The notes: generated by a model not told the origin, from the letters alone. A DNA stretch of 63,087 nucleotides, filler included, from Globobulimina sp. (GCA_003354225.1; 26 parts of 26 records of this genome joined end to end with filler, not necessarily neighbours in it), one strand, 5' to 3'; positions 34,930 through 48,058 are shown, numbered from the whole stretch's first letter. Program-made: numbers and translations.

Positions 34930-35579
34930 TCTAATTCTGCTCACTTCTGACAGTGACACTCAAAACAAGTAATTTAACATTTTTAAAAATCCTTTTCGTA
35001 AACTGTTATGATATACTTATATAATATTGAGCATATAGAACAATACCTGAGCTCGGTAGGTGCTCTACTCATAGGGTACTCAAACTGAACCATGTTTTCA
35101 TCCACATCTTATTTTATATCAACATACCACCATGTCAGCATGGCTCGTTTAATGGTAATGCACGGTAAATTGCGATCCAATGCATTAATCCAACTAAGTT
35201 ATGCTTTCTTTTATTTGTTGTATTGTATTGCGCTCTGTGATTGTTTATGTGCACATAGCTCAATTTAGGTTTAAATCCTGTTGTTGCACTGGCGATAGCC
35301 ATTCAGGTTTGTGTTATATATTTTTGGTTGTGATGTGAAAAATATTCTCTTTCTCTGCAAGGATATTCTCTTTGTGTGTTTGTGAAAGGATAATTTTTTC
35401 CGTTTTGTATCTTGTTTTAATTATTTTTATTCCTTGTTTTATTTTGCTTCTATGTTTTGTTTTATATGTTTTGTTTTACTTTGTTAGTTTTTTCTATTTT
35501 GCTTTATTTTTTACGTGTTTTATTTTGCTTTGTTTTAAATTTATTCTATTATATTTGCAAGGATCTAAATGAACTCTAA

Positions 35580-36023
35580 CTAATTTTTCATAAACAAAAA
35601 TGTACATTTTTGAGAGCAAATAGAATCATCAAATGTGCATTTTCCATATTTTACTTTCATTTCCATGTGGCACCATCCATAAACCAAATACACCAATCGT
35701 GATTTTTTGTTGTATACCGAGTATGAAGAAGGAGCTGCAAAATATGGATCTCTACTCAAAGTAAACAGCATACTTGCAAACAATGTTATTTATACATATT
35801 ATTATGACATAATCTTACAATCGAACATGTATTAATACTGCTTCTTTATATCATCGATAAACTCATGGGGTATAATATTTCCAGATCTAAACTTTGCATA
35901 TGCTGATCGCAAACTGAAAGCGGTAACTAGATCTATCATTCAATCTTGGATCAGCTTACTGAAACTTAGTGGAAATGAAAACAAATCGAAAGGAACATCA
36001 ACGTGAATAGTTGCTGTATCCAT
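35580..36023 (-). pseudogene. Degenerate member of a lineage-specific family (LVxG..R...IP..I motif)
   Basis: One frame with several in-frame stops gives DLVTAF...NIIPHEFIDDIKKQY and YLVYGW. A related LIYGYTREIE start lies at ~36300 (+). Confidence 0.35.
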
Positions 36024-36468
36024 AGTGTCAAAATATACTGAATTGTTCAGTTATATTCTGATAAGACGTGTGTTAACCCACCCGCCCATCAACGAATTAA
36101 ACGTCAACGTTTGAATCGTTTCTCCCAAAACGCAGTAAAAGTGGAATTACTCCACTCCTTTTGACCAGTTTACCACACTTAGTGGAGTAAAATAGAAAAC
36201 AAAAAATACTTTTGTACGTGATTAGTAAAAGAAACAAAACACAAAACTTTATATCCGACTCAAAAACAAATAAATGAAACACTGACCAATGTCAATGAAG
36301 ATACCACTCATTTAATTTATGGCTATACCCGCGAAATTGAACAAACATTAAATATATATTACTCCATTNNNNNNNNNNNNNNNNNNNNNNNNNNNNNNNN
36401 NNNNNNNNNNNNTTAATTAATTAANNNNNNNNNNNNNNNNNNNNNNNNNNNNNNNNNNNNNNNNNNNN

Positions 36469-38641
36469 CCAATTTCAATAATTGAGTGTGTTGTGGTGGT
36501 GGCAATTTATTCAACAATTCTTTTATTTTTGGAGGTAACGAATCTCTTAATTTCCTATCACCCTCTTCCTCTTTCTTATCACCAACACCATCCTCATCCT
36601 CATCATTATTTATTTTTTGTAAGAATCGAATTCCCGGACGAAACGCAGTCAATTGGGTTAAATCCGGCAGAGTTATGCCATTATCCTTCATTATTCCGCC
36701 ATTATCATCAATAAAGTCAGTCATATCAATGAAGTTAGCTCGCGACGCCTCAGTCCCATCCTTTTTATTATGCTTATTAGCCTTAAAAGCATTAATCTTA
36801 ATCCTCGATGCTATGGTTGGCTGAATTTGAATGATGTTCTTTTTCCTTTCCATCATTGACCGCGGCAAATGACTCCGTTGATTGATTATTTTCTGCGACG
36901 CTTTCCGTTGCGAGGTTTGTTTCGCATGAATTAAAGTGTCCCGATATTGCTTGGACACTGGCAACAAATCTAAAAAGGTAAACCTTTCGATGCAATTCAA
37001 TAATCTTTGAATACGGTTGCAAGGCTGTTCGTTATTCCTTTTCTCACAAACAATGTGCAATGCTTTCAAGTCACACGATCGTTGCATAAATTTGATATAC
37101 AACTTCCAGATCTGTTTTGTGTCATTATTCTTGGGATTCAATTGCGGCAAAATATTCTCAAAGATTTGCTGCAACTCATTCTTGGAGTTCTCGTCTTTTT
37201 TAGTCATCAAAAACTGCACATAACATATCACAAATTCCGGCTTATCCTTAAAATATTTAAATCCATTTTGAAATATGCGGAAAGCGCAGGCACTGTCCGC
37301 GTTCATGTATTCTTCAATCCGACCTTCCGCCACATACAACTGCCAAAATTTGCAGGTATTGGACGATATGGTTTGGATGAAAAAGTTCCGCGCCGCCGCT
37401 ATGGTCTTGCAACGACGCAGAAAATACAAATACTGGATGTAAACCAATGAATTATTGGCCATTTTGCTCAACAAATCCAAATATGCTTCATCTGTTTCCT
37501 GTGTGTTAACGTTTGGGGTTATTTTGCTTTCAATGCACACGAATAATGAATCAGACAATCAGTGCAAGGATACCTTGACAGTGTAATTGTTCTCTAAGAA
37601 CTGCAAATATTTGAATTGTATCAATAAGCAGTTATGCCCGATTCGGTGCAGACACTGTTTATAAACATGCAATGTGCGGTCCTTCCCTCTGTTGGAATAG
37701 GTCCACTGTATATACATCAGCCAGATGTCGGGGAACAGGGACATGGTCATCAGGGACTGTCGGAATGTGAACTCCATTCTCCTCCACAGATCTGTCTTAC
37801 TCACATTCTGTTTGTTTAACAATTCGAAGTCTATGAATCTTTTCCATAGTTGGATCTGTTGATAATTCCTTTCCTGAGCATGCTGGTTATTACTTGGAAC
37901 GGTGTGAATGTGCAACAAAATGCCTCTTCGCCATCGTCGTCGGTCCAAATAACATTGCTTTGTGGACTCGTTTTGGTGTTTGAATTTGTCGTAATACGCT
38001 TGTGCTAATTGCTGATTTAGGGATTTTTCCCATGCTATGTATTCATCCCATAATTTGTCACAATCTTCGATCGGTAATCTGATCACTTTGTGATATTCCT
38101 TCCTTATTTGCAATGTGATGTCATCGATGTTGTGTTTGTCACATAAAATATGCGCATTTGTCTTCAAAAAATGGAAATATGATCGCCATAATGGCGTAGA
38201 CTTAATGTCTTGGCCTATTTGTTTGATGGCAAATTTGTAGGCTTCGTTTAAGTTTTTTAAATAAATATCTTTGGATTTGGTATTATTTTCGTTGATTTCG
38301 TTGATTTTGCGACACAATGCAATGTAAACAAGATATAATTCAACGTCGTAACATTTATTATTGATACATTTTTTGAACAGATTGGTGGCAATGTCATAAT
38401 TGCTGTGATGCATTTCGACTTCGATATAATACTTCCATTGGCGAGCAGAGGTTGGAAATATGTCTAAAAATAAGGTCAAAATATGTCGCTGTTCTTCAAG
38501 TGTTCCCTCTTTGTCTGCGCGGCTGATTATATGCATCCAACTTTCTACGTCATATTTATCTGTTTGTACTAAATTGTCTGCATTCTCGCGCGCTGTTAGG
38601 TGACGGTTTAGTTTTCGTTTTTTAGAAGGTGGTGGTGGCAT
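36469..38641 (-). CDS. CSTF3: Cleavage stimulation factor 77 kDa subunit (HAT repeats), 3'-truncated; intron 37499-37573
   Basis: YDVESW, FPTSARQWKYYIEVE, IGQDIKSTPLW, IQLWKRFIDFE..N, LVYIQYLYFLRR, AFRIFQNGFK, PDLTQLTAFRP, LLNKLPPP. Confidence 0.92.
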
Positions 38642-39270
38642 TATTTAGACTGTTAACGACTCGAGTTTCTTACATAGATAATCCACACCCCCCACATAGA
38701 TAATACATACGCATTAATGCTGTTTCAGATAAATATGGCAACGTCCGTAAACCTCATGCACCAATCCTGATTTTTTATTGTATACCGCGTCTTAAAAANN
38801 NNNNNNNNNNNNNNNNNNNNNNNNNNNNNNNNNNNNNNNNNNTTAATTAATTAANNNNNNNNNNNNNNNNNNNNNNNNNNNNNNNNNNNNNNNNNNNNTG
38901 AAGTGTTGTAAAGTGACCACCATCTTTGTCTGCGGTACCAGTCACATTGGTGCATACAAAGTGGCTTTCTACTAATTGCGATTGTGTCATTATATGAAAT
39001 ATTGGAATATGGCTTTGTATACCGAAAATTCAATTATAAATTTGTTCTGGATTTGCAAACCCAAGACAAAGTTATAACAAACACAGAACAAATCCAAGAC
39101 AAATCTATATCAAACCGTTTGAAAACATATCGTTGATTGAAAACATCGTTTATTGAGGGGTTATCTTTTGGAAATAATTGGAATATATCGTTGATTGAAA
39201 ACCTTTTTCAAAAATCTTTTTATTCAAACTCCAAATGCTACAAAAACGAACAGCTTTTAGCAGCTAGATA

Positions 39271-40602
39271 ATGCCGAAGAAATCTAAAAAACAATATTCT
39301 TTTCCCATATTAAAAAGGAAAGAAATTATAAAATGTATGAAAGAATTAGGAATATCAATAATTGAGTCAGATTTAAAATCGCCACATGAAGAAAAATGTA
39401 AAATTATATATGCTGAAATATTATGTAAATTAATGGGTATCAACGTATTAACAAAATCAATATCATACAATAAATTATCATTATTTGAGTATCCGTCATT
39501 GCACGAATCATCAATAATATCTGTTCGTTTATTTCGTGAATTGATTAAATTTATGCAAAAAGTGGGTGTGCCGAATTTTTCAATTTCCGATTTAATATCA
39601 CCAGAGTCATCAAGAACGATTCGGAATTTATCAGCAATTATCAACTTTGCCAGATGGAGAGAGCAAAAATATCAAATTTATTTGTCGCAAAAGACAAAAA
39701 TGAACGAATTAAATAAATCATTAAAATCAATAACAGAGCAAAATAATATCTTAGCAAACGAATTTGTGAAATTAAATCAAAAAAAAGAAACAGAAAAACC
39801 GCAAATCGATATTTTAAAATCGGAATTGAAAGAATTACAAAAACAAATGGATGCGGCTCATAACCAAATGGAAAGCAAAGGAGATATCGCTCACACAATA
39901 AAAAAAGAAATAAAAAATCTAAAAGCAATCGACGGCGAAAAGAAATCAATTTTGAATAAGAATACCGATGTTATTGAAAATTTAGACAAAAAAATTGTAA
40001 AATCACCACAAAGAATTAAAAAAGAATTAAAGTTAATTAGCAGCAGGATCGAAAAAGACAAAATTGAAATACATACAAAAAATGATAAACTAAATTGTGA
40101 TAAAAACAAAATACATCATTTGAAAGCATTAAACGAATTAATAATTTGTCGCATAAATGAAATGAAAGAAATAAATATTTTGAAAAATGAGAAATGCTAT
40201 AAATTTGAACAAGAAATCAAAAGATTACAAACTTTGAAGATTTCAAATGAAAAAGAATTGAAATCAATGATAAAATCGCACAAATTAATAAATATAAATT
40301 TAAATACAAAAAAGAGTGAATATTCTATATTGGTCCAAGAACATGAAACAAAAAAACAAGAGATACAAATTAAAAATAAGCAAATTAATGATTTAAAAAA
40401 AAAACACTCCGAAAAAAGAATTTCAAAACAAACAGAAATTTCAAATTTAGACAAACAAATTGAAGTAAAAAAAGAATCGATTAATAATTTATTGAAAGAA
40501 AATAAATATTATGTCAATCAATTAAATATAAAATATAAACAATTGGTAGAAAATGTAAACAATTATCAAAAGAATATGAAACGCGCAATGGATAAATGGT
40601 GA
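39271..40602 (+). CDS. NUF2: Kinetochore protein Nuf2
   Basis: YSFPILK..EI, FSISDLISPESSRTIRNLSAIINFARWRE, IVKSPQRIK, long coiled coil. Confidence 0.93.
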   Translation: MPKKSKKQYSFPILKRKEIIKCMKELGISIIESDLKSPHEEKCKIIYAEILCKLMGINVLTKSISYNKLSLFEYPSLHESSIISVRLFRELIKFMQKVGVPNFSISDLISPESSRTIRNLSAIINFARWREQKYQIYLSQKTKMNELNKSLKSITEQNNILANEFVKLNQKKETEKPQIDILKSELKELQKQMDAAHNQMESKGDIAHTIKKEIKNLKAIDGEKKSILNKNTDVIENLDKKIVKSPQRIKKELKLISSRIEKDKIEIHTKNDKLNCDKNKIHHLKALNELIICRINEMKEINILKNEKCYKFEQEIKRLQTLKISNEKELKSMIKSHKLININLNTKKSEYSILVQEHETKKQEIQIKNKQINDLKKKHSEKRISKQTEISNLDKQIEVKKESINNLLKENKYYVNQLNIKYKQLVENVNNYQKNMKRAMDKW

Positions 40603-40881
40603 TTCTCTCGCTTGGCTCTCAGCAATCATAACTTGACTCTGATAATTATAACATTTTCTTATTTAACATGATGCAGACTTGTAATTTGTTTGCTTTCTTC
40701 AACGATATATTCAGATAGATAACACCCACTGTATAGTGTATACAGAATATTTCCTCTAGGCTCCAATTTTATTATTTTAATTACGTAATTTACCAACATT
40801 ACCTTAACGATATCCATTCAATTATACATTTGTAAACGAGTCTCCGATAAGTTACAACATAATTGAATAAAATGTAAACGA

Positions 40882-40906
40882 GTCTCCGATAAGTACTGAT
40901 TTTTTT
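40882..40906 (+). repeat. 25-bp dispersed repeat GTCTCCGATAAGTACTGATTTTTTT; identical copy at 55132-55156; local partial duplication at 40831-40852
   Basis: Direct comparison. Confidence 0.8.
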
Positions 40907-41028
40907 TGCTGTTCGAAAAGGTTTTTTTTTTTAGCACTGATCTTATCGAACACCTCAGCATTAGCTTTTATATCTATATACCAACAAAACATATTCATTT
41001 TATTGTTGGTGATTTGCTGGTGCATAAA

Positions 41029-41097
41029 TCTCGCGTTGCTCAATTGGTAGAGCACTGTTTTATGCAGGGAATCCAGGTTCAAATCCTGGCGTGAGTG
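41029..41097 (+). tRNA. tRNA-like sequence (pseudogene or SINE head) with shortened anticodon arm
   Basis: Acceptor CTCGCG/CGTGAG, D arm GCTC-AATTGGTA-GAGC, T arm CCAGG-TTCAAAT-CCTGG. Only 19 nt between D and T arms; anticodon arm CTG-TTTTATG-CAG. Confidence 0.65.
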
Positions 41098-41328
41098 GCG
41101 GTATGGCGCATTATACTAATTGTCAAAATCATTGTCGCTCAGTTTCTTTTCATAATCATTGTCGTTTTTTAGGAATTCCAGGATTTTAGAACTTTGCGTC
41201 TGTACAGAAATGAATTGCTGGGTGACAANNNNNNNNNNNNNNNNNNNNNNNNNNNNNNNNNNNNNNNNNNNNTTAATTAATTAANNNNNNNNNNNNNNNN
41301 NNNNNNNNNNNNNNNNNNNNNNNNNNNN

Positions 41329-43156
41329 AATTTTTCTTGTCTCATTGCCAAGAATTTACTTTCTAAAAACTGGCAAACATAATCCATTTGTGTTTTTGCC
41401 TCAGCTTCCAAGAAATCCAATGTTACCAAATAACACAATAACAATTGATCGCTGCTGAAAAAGACCCATTCCATTTCATTTCGGTCTTTACTGACATGCG
41501 AATCATATCCTTTTTGTAATGCTTTTCCTAACATTGCAGGGTATGACGCTTTATATTGTCTGCCAGTCAGTGCTAAACACACAAATACTTTATTGGCGCC
41601 ATGGCCATATCCCTGCGCATATTTTGGATCTGGAGATGTATATATGCCGCGACCATAAAATCCGGTATCTGTCTGATGTCGAATTGCCACTCCATCCGGC
41701 ACTTTCAATCCCGTTTCCGATATCGGATCAAAATTACCGCTCCGTGTCCAATGATATACAATCTTCGGATAACTTAGATTAGCAATCCCAAATTGAACAT
41801 ATTCAATGCATTTGAGGTTGAATCAATACCTGACGCTCAAATACATGACATATCCATTTTGGATCACAGAGCTAATTAACCTTAACACAGTACCAATTTC
41901 CTGGCACATCGTAAAATATTTGACAATGAAGTTCTGCACAAATGTTATATTAACAATGCTGCCATGCACTTCACGTATTGCATTGAGAACATTTGTTGCT
42001 AAGTCATCTCTCATTGACATTATGTATTTGGGAATGGCTGGTTTTGGCCGAATAGTGTCACACAGTGAGCATTGATACTGTTTTATATCCATATTCATTG
42101 AAAAACAGCCATTGCAAAACCATGCTGCTCCTTTATTTAATTCCTGCTGCATTTTCAACGCAAATGACTCATCAGAACGCATCCTTTGTTCATCCTCGTT
42201 TTGCTGCAAAAACAAAAACAAAATATTCATAATAACCCAACAAAAACGTATTTGAAACAAAATGTAATTAACTTTCTGTTCATAATATTTTGCAGCATCC
42301 ATATCTTCCTTTGCCTGCAGAGCAAGAGCAGCTCGCTCATTTTCTAATGTCTGCTCTGTGCATTTCAATAAATCTTCGACCTGCTGTTTCTGGAATATTT
42401 TGGCCATCGCTCCGTCCTCATCATGCTGTGCAATGTGCGCTAATTTCACAAAAAAAGCAACAAACTTAACATACTTTCTTCCGTTTAAGCTCTCTCTCTT
42501 CTGCTTCCAATTGAGACTGGATTTTTTTTGCCAAATAGGCATCCTCCAATTCCTATATTGTTTTTTTTTGCAGCTCGCATTCGATATAAATATGTACAAA
42601 TAAATAAAATTAACTTTTTGTTTTAATTCGGCCTGATTTATTTTATTTAAATCTTGCTGCAATTTCCTAGCGATTTCTTCATCTTCGTCGTGCTTTTTTG
42701 CCTTTTTAGCTTCGCATATTTCGCAGTATGCCATTATTGAGATATTTGTATAAGTACACACTGAACATTCCCATTTCTCATCTAATTACAAGAAAGGAAT
42801 TATATTAATTATTGCAAAATAAATGTATTTGTTGTTATTATGCCTGGATTTATAGGTTTTCTGTTGAGAGTGTTTTTGAGCACAGATTGGATATTCTTTT
42901 TGCTGTGTCGTTGTATGGATGGATGGTGAATTAAATTATGTGTTGCTGTGCTATTTATTTTCTTTGTGATGATTTTATTCAATTTATGTTTAGATTTATT
43001 GTCGTTGATATCATATTTAATTGTATTTTTTGAGGCTTTTGATTTTGATTTGATTTGTTTTGCGTGACAGTTCTTCTTTTTTTGTGGTTGTGTCTTTGAA
43101 TTAGGATTGGTATCGTTTGAAGTTGTGGGGAATGGCAGATATCGACGATGTGACAT
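41329..43156 (-). CDS. RanBP2-type Zn fingers + MIU/UIM-like helices + PARP-like ADP-ribosyltransferase domain, multi-exon
   Basis: WECSVCTYTN..CEIC and WFCNGC..CSLC; DEEIARKLQ and DESFALKMQ; catalytic IVYHWT, YGRGIYTS, EMEWVFF. Start codon uncertain. Confidence 0.75.
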
Positions 43157-44821
43157 TTTGAAGATGGTTCTCGATGTTTTCTTGCTGTGATGCTGAAATG
43201 ACAAGGATTGTGAGTTGAGATATAATAAAATTATCAGCAAAACAATTATTAAAAGAAAACGTTATTTGTTAATGTCCGTTATATACCGATGTATACTTTG
43301 GTACTTACAACAATCCATAAAAATGTTTAAATTAATTTAAATACACAACACAAACAAATAGTACACACAAAGTTATCCTGTTTTTATTATTGCGTTAATT
43401 TAGTAAATTTATAATTTGGTATCAATACATTACCATTAATATTAATTTTATTAATATCAATTTGATTTAGTTTCGAATATATTTTAGTGGACCATCCCAT
43501 ACTACATTGTTTCCCGCCATATTTGGTTAATATATTATTTATGAAATCCTTTGGTCCCAATCTCGCAAATAAATCACCATTTAATTTATTATTTACATTA
43601 TCTTTGGTATGCCATGAAAGTAAATGTGTTATAACCTCTTCTTTGTCCAATCACTTTANNNNNNNNNNNNNNNNNNNNNNNNNNNNNNNNNNNNNNNNNN
43701 NNTTAATTAATTAANNNNNNNNNNNNNNNNNNNNNNNNNNNNNNNNNNNNNNNNNNNNTCCTTGCTCTCATCACTGTTTTGTTGTGGTTCGAATTCATTG
43801 TAATTGTTTGAGTGATAATTTAATTTAATTTTTTTCATTATTTTATGCATAGACTCTATTTGAGTTTGTTCAGAATATTTGCTAATGAAAACAAATAAAT
43901 TTTTCCATCCCCCAAAGGTATCCACTGTTTCATTCATACATTGTTTTAAGACAATGTCCTCTGTGTCATGCAATAAACGGTTAAATCTTAACCAATGTTG
44001 TAAATGTTCGTTGCTTCGTGGTGTTTCGCTTCTGTCCCATACACCATCAGAATCAGAATCAGATGACAATGACATCATCAAATCAAATCAACGTTGTCAA
44101 GGAGGTATAAACTTATTATAAATACAGCTGCATTCTACGTTTTTACTTCACCACAGTACTGCTTCATCATCCGTCGGGCCGTCAGGCCGTCACCATGTCT
44201 TATTGTCAACTTATCATTCTTCATATTGTATCAATTTGTAAGTACATTATATGCAATAACGTTTACTTCACGAAATACAATATATTTACCTACAAATCTC
44301 CATAATTAGACATTTATTATAATAGCGCTCAAACAACAGAATATCCATCAACATATCAGTCAATTGCAAGAGAACCTGTATCCACTCAACAATCTGAATA
44401 TAGTCAATATTCCATACTCACAGATCCCCGAAGTTACGTTAAATGCAAAACAAATGCACGTTAAATTAAAACAAATAAAAACATACGTATACCGTTGAAT
44501 AGATCTACCTTTTTGGATTTATACCACAGTCATTGCTTTTTTAGCGTGTTTATTCGGCTCTGTGTGGATATGCTTATGTGTTCGTTGCAGGACCAGAGAG
44601 CTTCGACAAAAGTTAATTAGCAAATACATAATTGTAATATAAATAATTTGCAAATTGTATTATAAATTATATACAAAAACAAAAGGTATATTGTAGCAAA
44701 AGAAGAAGAACCTGCAATTAAATCAATTTCCGAAAGCATAAAATCCGGCGATGACATACCATCGGAAATAAAGTTAAAATCACCATCATCCTTTGTATCA
44801 AACGAAATATCAATACCTTCA

Positions 44822-45559
44822 ATGGCTCTTTTAAAGTCTCAAAAAAATCTAAAACAAATGGAAATACAACAAAATATTACTGCTGTCGACGAATTTTGTA
44901 TCGAAAGCAGTGAATCTGACGAAAATTTAATTTGCAAAGGAAATACATTGCATCCATATGCATCACAGGAAACCGGTCATACTTCAACAAACCGACGGAA
45001 AATGGGTCCATGCTCTTCATCGCAACGCAAACCATCCATGCGCTTATCATCAGATGTTGAGAGTATGGGTGTTGAGAGTGTCGATGTTGATGAAATTATA
45101 ATTTATACCGAAAATGATAGATATTATAAGCCCAAAAAAAGGAAATTTAAAACGAGTAAAACAACAGAAAAACAGAAACATTTTGCAAAGAATGATACTA
45201 TGACTCTCAGATTGGATGATGAAATAAGTAAAGATGGCGATAAATCGACTCATTATTATTCAGATGGCGACGATGATATATATTTAGTGACTGAAATGGA
45301 AAAAGAATTTATAAGACATTATAATAAAAATAAAGCAAAGATAGAAAATCAAATGCATAAAGAAAGAGAATTTGGTGTACATATAAAAAATAATTTGACC
45401 GAAGAGAAATTGATAACGACTGATATTGTACGTTCAATGGAAATTGATTTACGGTCTCCAAAATCACAAACGACAGTGACTAATAATGATGGAACAAGCT
45501 GTGATAACTCAAATGGTGAAAATATTGAAATATTTGAGGCTTATTGCGGTCTAAAATAA
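44822..45559 (+). CDS. Last exon of a probable single-TM protein, low complexity
   Basis: 245-aa ORF. An upstream exon at ~44503-44612 encodes a TM helix. Confidence 0.45.
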   Translation: MALLKSQKNLKQMEIQQNITAVDEFCIESSESDENLICKGNTLHPYASQETGHTSTNRRKMGPCSSSQRKPSMRLSSDVESMGVESVDVDEIIIYTENDRYYKPKKRKFKTSKTTEKQKHFAKNDTMTLRLDDEISKDGDKSTHYYSDGDDDIYLVTEMEKEFIRHYNKNKAKIENQMHKEREFGVHIKNNLTEEKLITTDIVRSMEIDLRSPKSQTTVTNNDGTSCDNSNGENIEIFEAYCGLK

Positions 45560-46330
45560 ATTTGATTTCTTTGTTGGTTGTTAATTAAACATTTGTTTTT
45601 ATCTATATTTTGTTTTACGTACAAATAAGAAACCTACAATGTCAGATTGAATTAAATATTAATTCGAGTCGAATGAAATAAAAGAAATAAGTTCCGATCC
45701 GACTATATTATTTCTTGATGATATGAACCAAAGTTTCGATAATTTTCTGGTTCCGAAAATGTACATCTAGTGAACTAAAAATAGAATCTTTACATCTACT
45801 ATTTAATTATGGGTTGCAACAATTGTTCTTTGACATTATTTTTCCAAATGGTACAATCAGCACTGATTCTTATATTATCTGTTGGATTGATCCCTATCTA
45901 TTTATGTGGATTTTTCATTCCTGGCTGTATTGTTGTTCTTATTTTTCGTACAATTGGTTGCAAGAAATGTGTTCCAAAATTATTCGATTTTTATTTACAT
46001 TTTGTATTTTGGCCATTTACAGGATATCTTGGATATGTTAAAATGCCTTGGATCCGTTATAAATATGGATATAAAGTTTTGTATTTGGNNNNNNNNNNNN
46101 NNNNNNNNNNNNNNNNNNNNNNNNNNNNNNNNTTAATTAATTAANNNNNNNNNNNNNNNNNNNNNNNNNNNNNNNNNNNNNNNNNNNNTGGCCGGCGTTC
46201 CAGGGGTCCCTGGCGTCTGTAAGGCCATGTTTAATGCTTTGTTTTTGGCGCTAAAAATAAATAAAGTCACAAAATCATAAAGTTTTTTCATAATATAGGA
46301 CAATGTCAGCATCCCAATACCTATAACATA

Positions 46331-48058
46331 ATGGACTCAACAGGACTAGATAAGAGTGGCTGGGTGAACAAGAAAGCCCAAGTCATGCCCTCATGGAACC
46401 CACGTTACCTCGTCGCAGACCCTCTACTCCTTCGACTCAAATACTTCAAAGAGCGCCCACAAGACCTGACCACCAAAGAGCGTGGAGAACTAAAACTGGC
46501 CAACTGCACAGTGAGCGGTATGTAACAATATATACTAATACGCAAATTCGCAATGTTACACCCAATCACATCCACAGTGGACCAAACGACCTCAGATGAG
46601 AGCGTCTATAGATTCTTAATCACCACCTCCGACCATCGGAAGACTTTCCATTTGGAAGTGTCGACCCAATACGAGATGGCGGAGTGGATCCGCGTGATCC
46701 GCCTGGTCAGCGACTTGGGAGTGACCAAGCAACAGATCATGGAAGAGAGCAAAATGAGCGACAACTTCGAGACCTTCAAGTACAGCGTGGAGACCTTATT
46801 AGAACGCTTAGACACACAGTCCACGGAAAGCAGGCGCAGTTTGGACCGCATTGCCAAACAAAAATGGAAATCCAAGTGTCGTTTAATCGAATTGCGCGAT
46901 GAGATGGAGGAGAAACACCGAAAATTACGCATCAAGCAACAAGAGATGAAGGCGCAGGAAAAATCTTACCGTGAGGACCTGTCGCATTTAAATCAGGCAC
47001 TGTATGTGTTGCAGCAACAGGTATTGCATATAAATGATGTCTTTTCCTACGCAAATTCGCAACATTTGCCCGTTGCATTACAGGTGCGCCGATCCAACGA
47101 GATCCAACAGCAAATTGTAGAGAAATTCGGCAACAATCAGGACCCCAATATGACTACTTTGGATAAGGCCAAGTCGGCAGTGGCTTTGTGCCGTACTCTG
47201 TTGTCCAACAATCCCAATAAAAGATACATAAAATCCAAGTCACACAACGTCAGCACCAATGCGCCCAAATTGCCGCAAGACGACACAAAGGAGCACAAAG
47301 TGGAGCAGTTGGTGCACAAAAACAAGAAAGTGCGCAAATCGAAGAAAAAAGGGCGAGCGCGCTCCTATTCCGATTTGACTGTGTCCAAATCGGACGTGTT
47401 CGAGGACGAAATGGCGAAGATTATAATGGACGCGTTCCCGCAGATATTGTCCGATGAGGAGCAGAAAAAGAGCGAGATCCGCGCCGCCAATCAGAATATG
47501 TACGAGATTCAGAATGAAAATGTCATCAAAATCTTCGAATTGTATCATAGGTACTATGTCGAGATCCATTTGCCGCGCGAGATGGAACTACGCAAAGTAC
47601 GGACGAAATGCGAGCAGAAATACAACTCTTTGCGCTACGTCAGCAATAAGAAGGAGTTGGCGCGGCGGGAAGAGGACGAAATCGATTGGGTGATGATGGA
47701 GATGAAGCGGGCCATCGACCGGTTGAACAAAGAGGGCGTGTTGTCGCCCAATGAGAAGGATAAAAAGAATAAGAAGAAGGATAAGAAGAATAAGCCCAAG
47801 AAGCGGGATAATGGGCATCATGAGAATGAGGAGGCAAATCATTACAAACCGCCGCAGAATGTGCATAGGGACTCTTCGACGATGATTCCAGTGTTGGCGC
47901 ATAGGTCTACGTGGAGTGAGGCGTCGGATACGATATTTCAGTTAAATGTGGCGCGGCAGCAACAATATCAGGCCACCAAGGATTTGGAGGAGTCGCTCAA
48001 ATCCAGGGAAGTGGTGAAGTCGTGGTATGAAGAGAAGATTGTGCAGCAACAGTATTAA
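46331..48058 (+). CDS. PH domain + coiled-coil protein; intron ~46518-46577
   Basis: KSGWVNKKA..SWNPRYLV..LKYFK..RGELKL and EMAEWIRVI. Confidence 0.85.

Noticed and set aside
36149-36189. 9-bp inverted repeat TACTCCACT/AGTGGAGTA
   Set aside because: Single short occurrence, compatible with chance.
35580-41097. Stop-codon reassignment (in-frame stops plus a UUA tRNA-like gene)
   Set aside because: Conserved genes terminate at the expected positions with TAA or TGA, and other in-frame stops are explained by GT-AG introns or decay.
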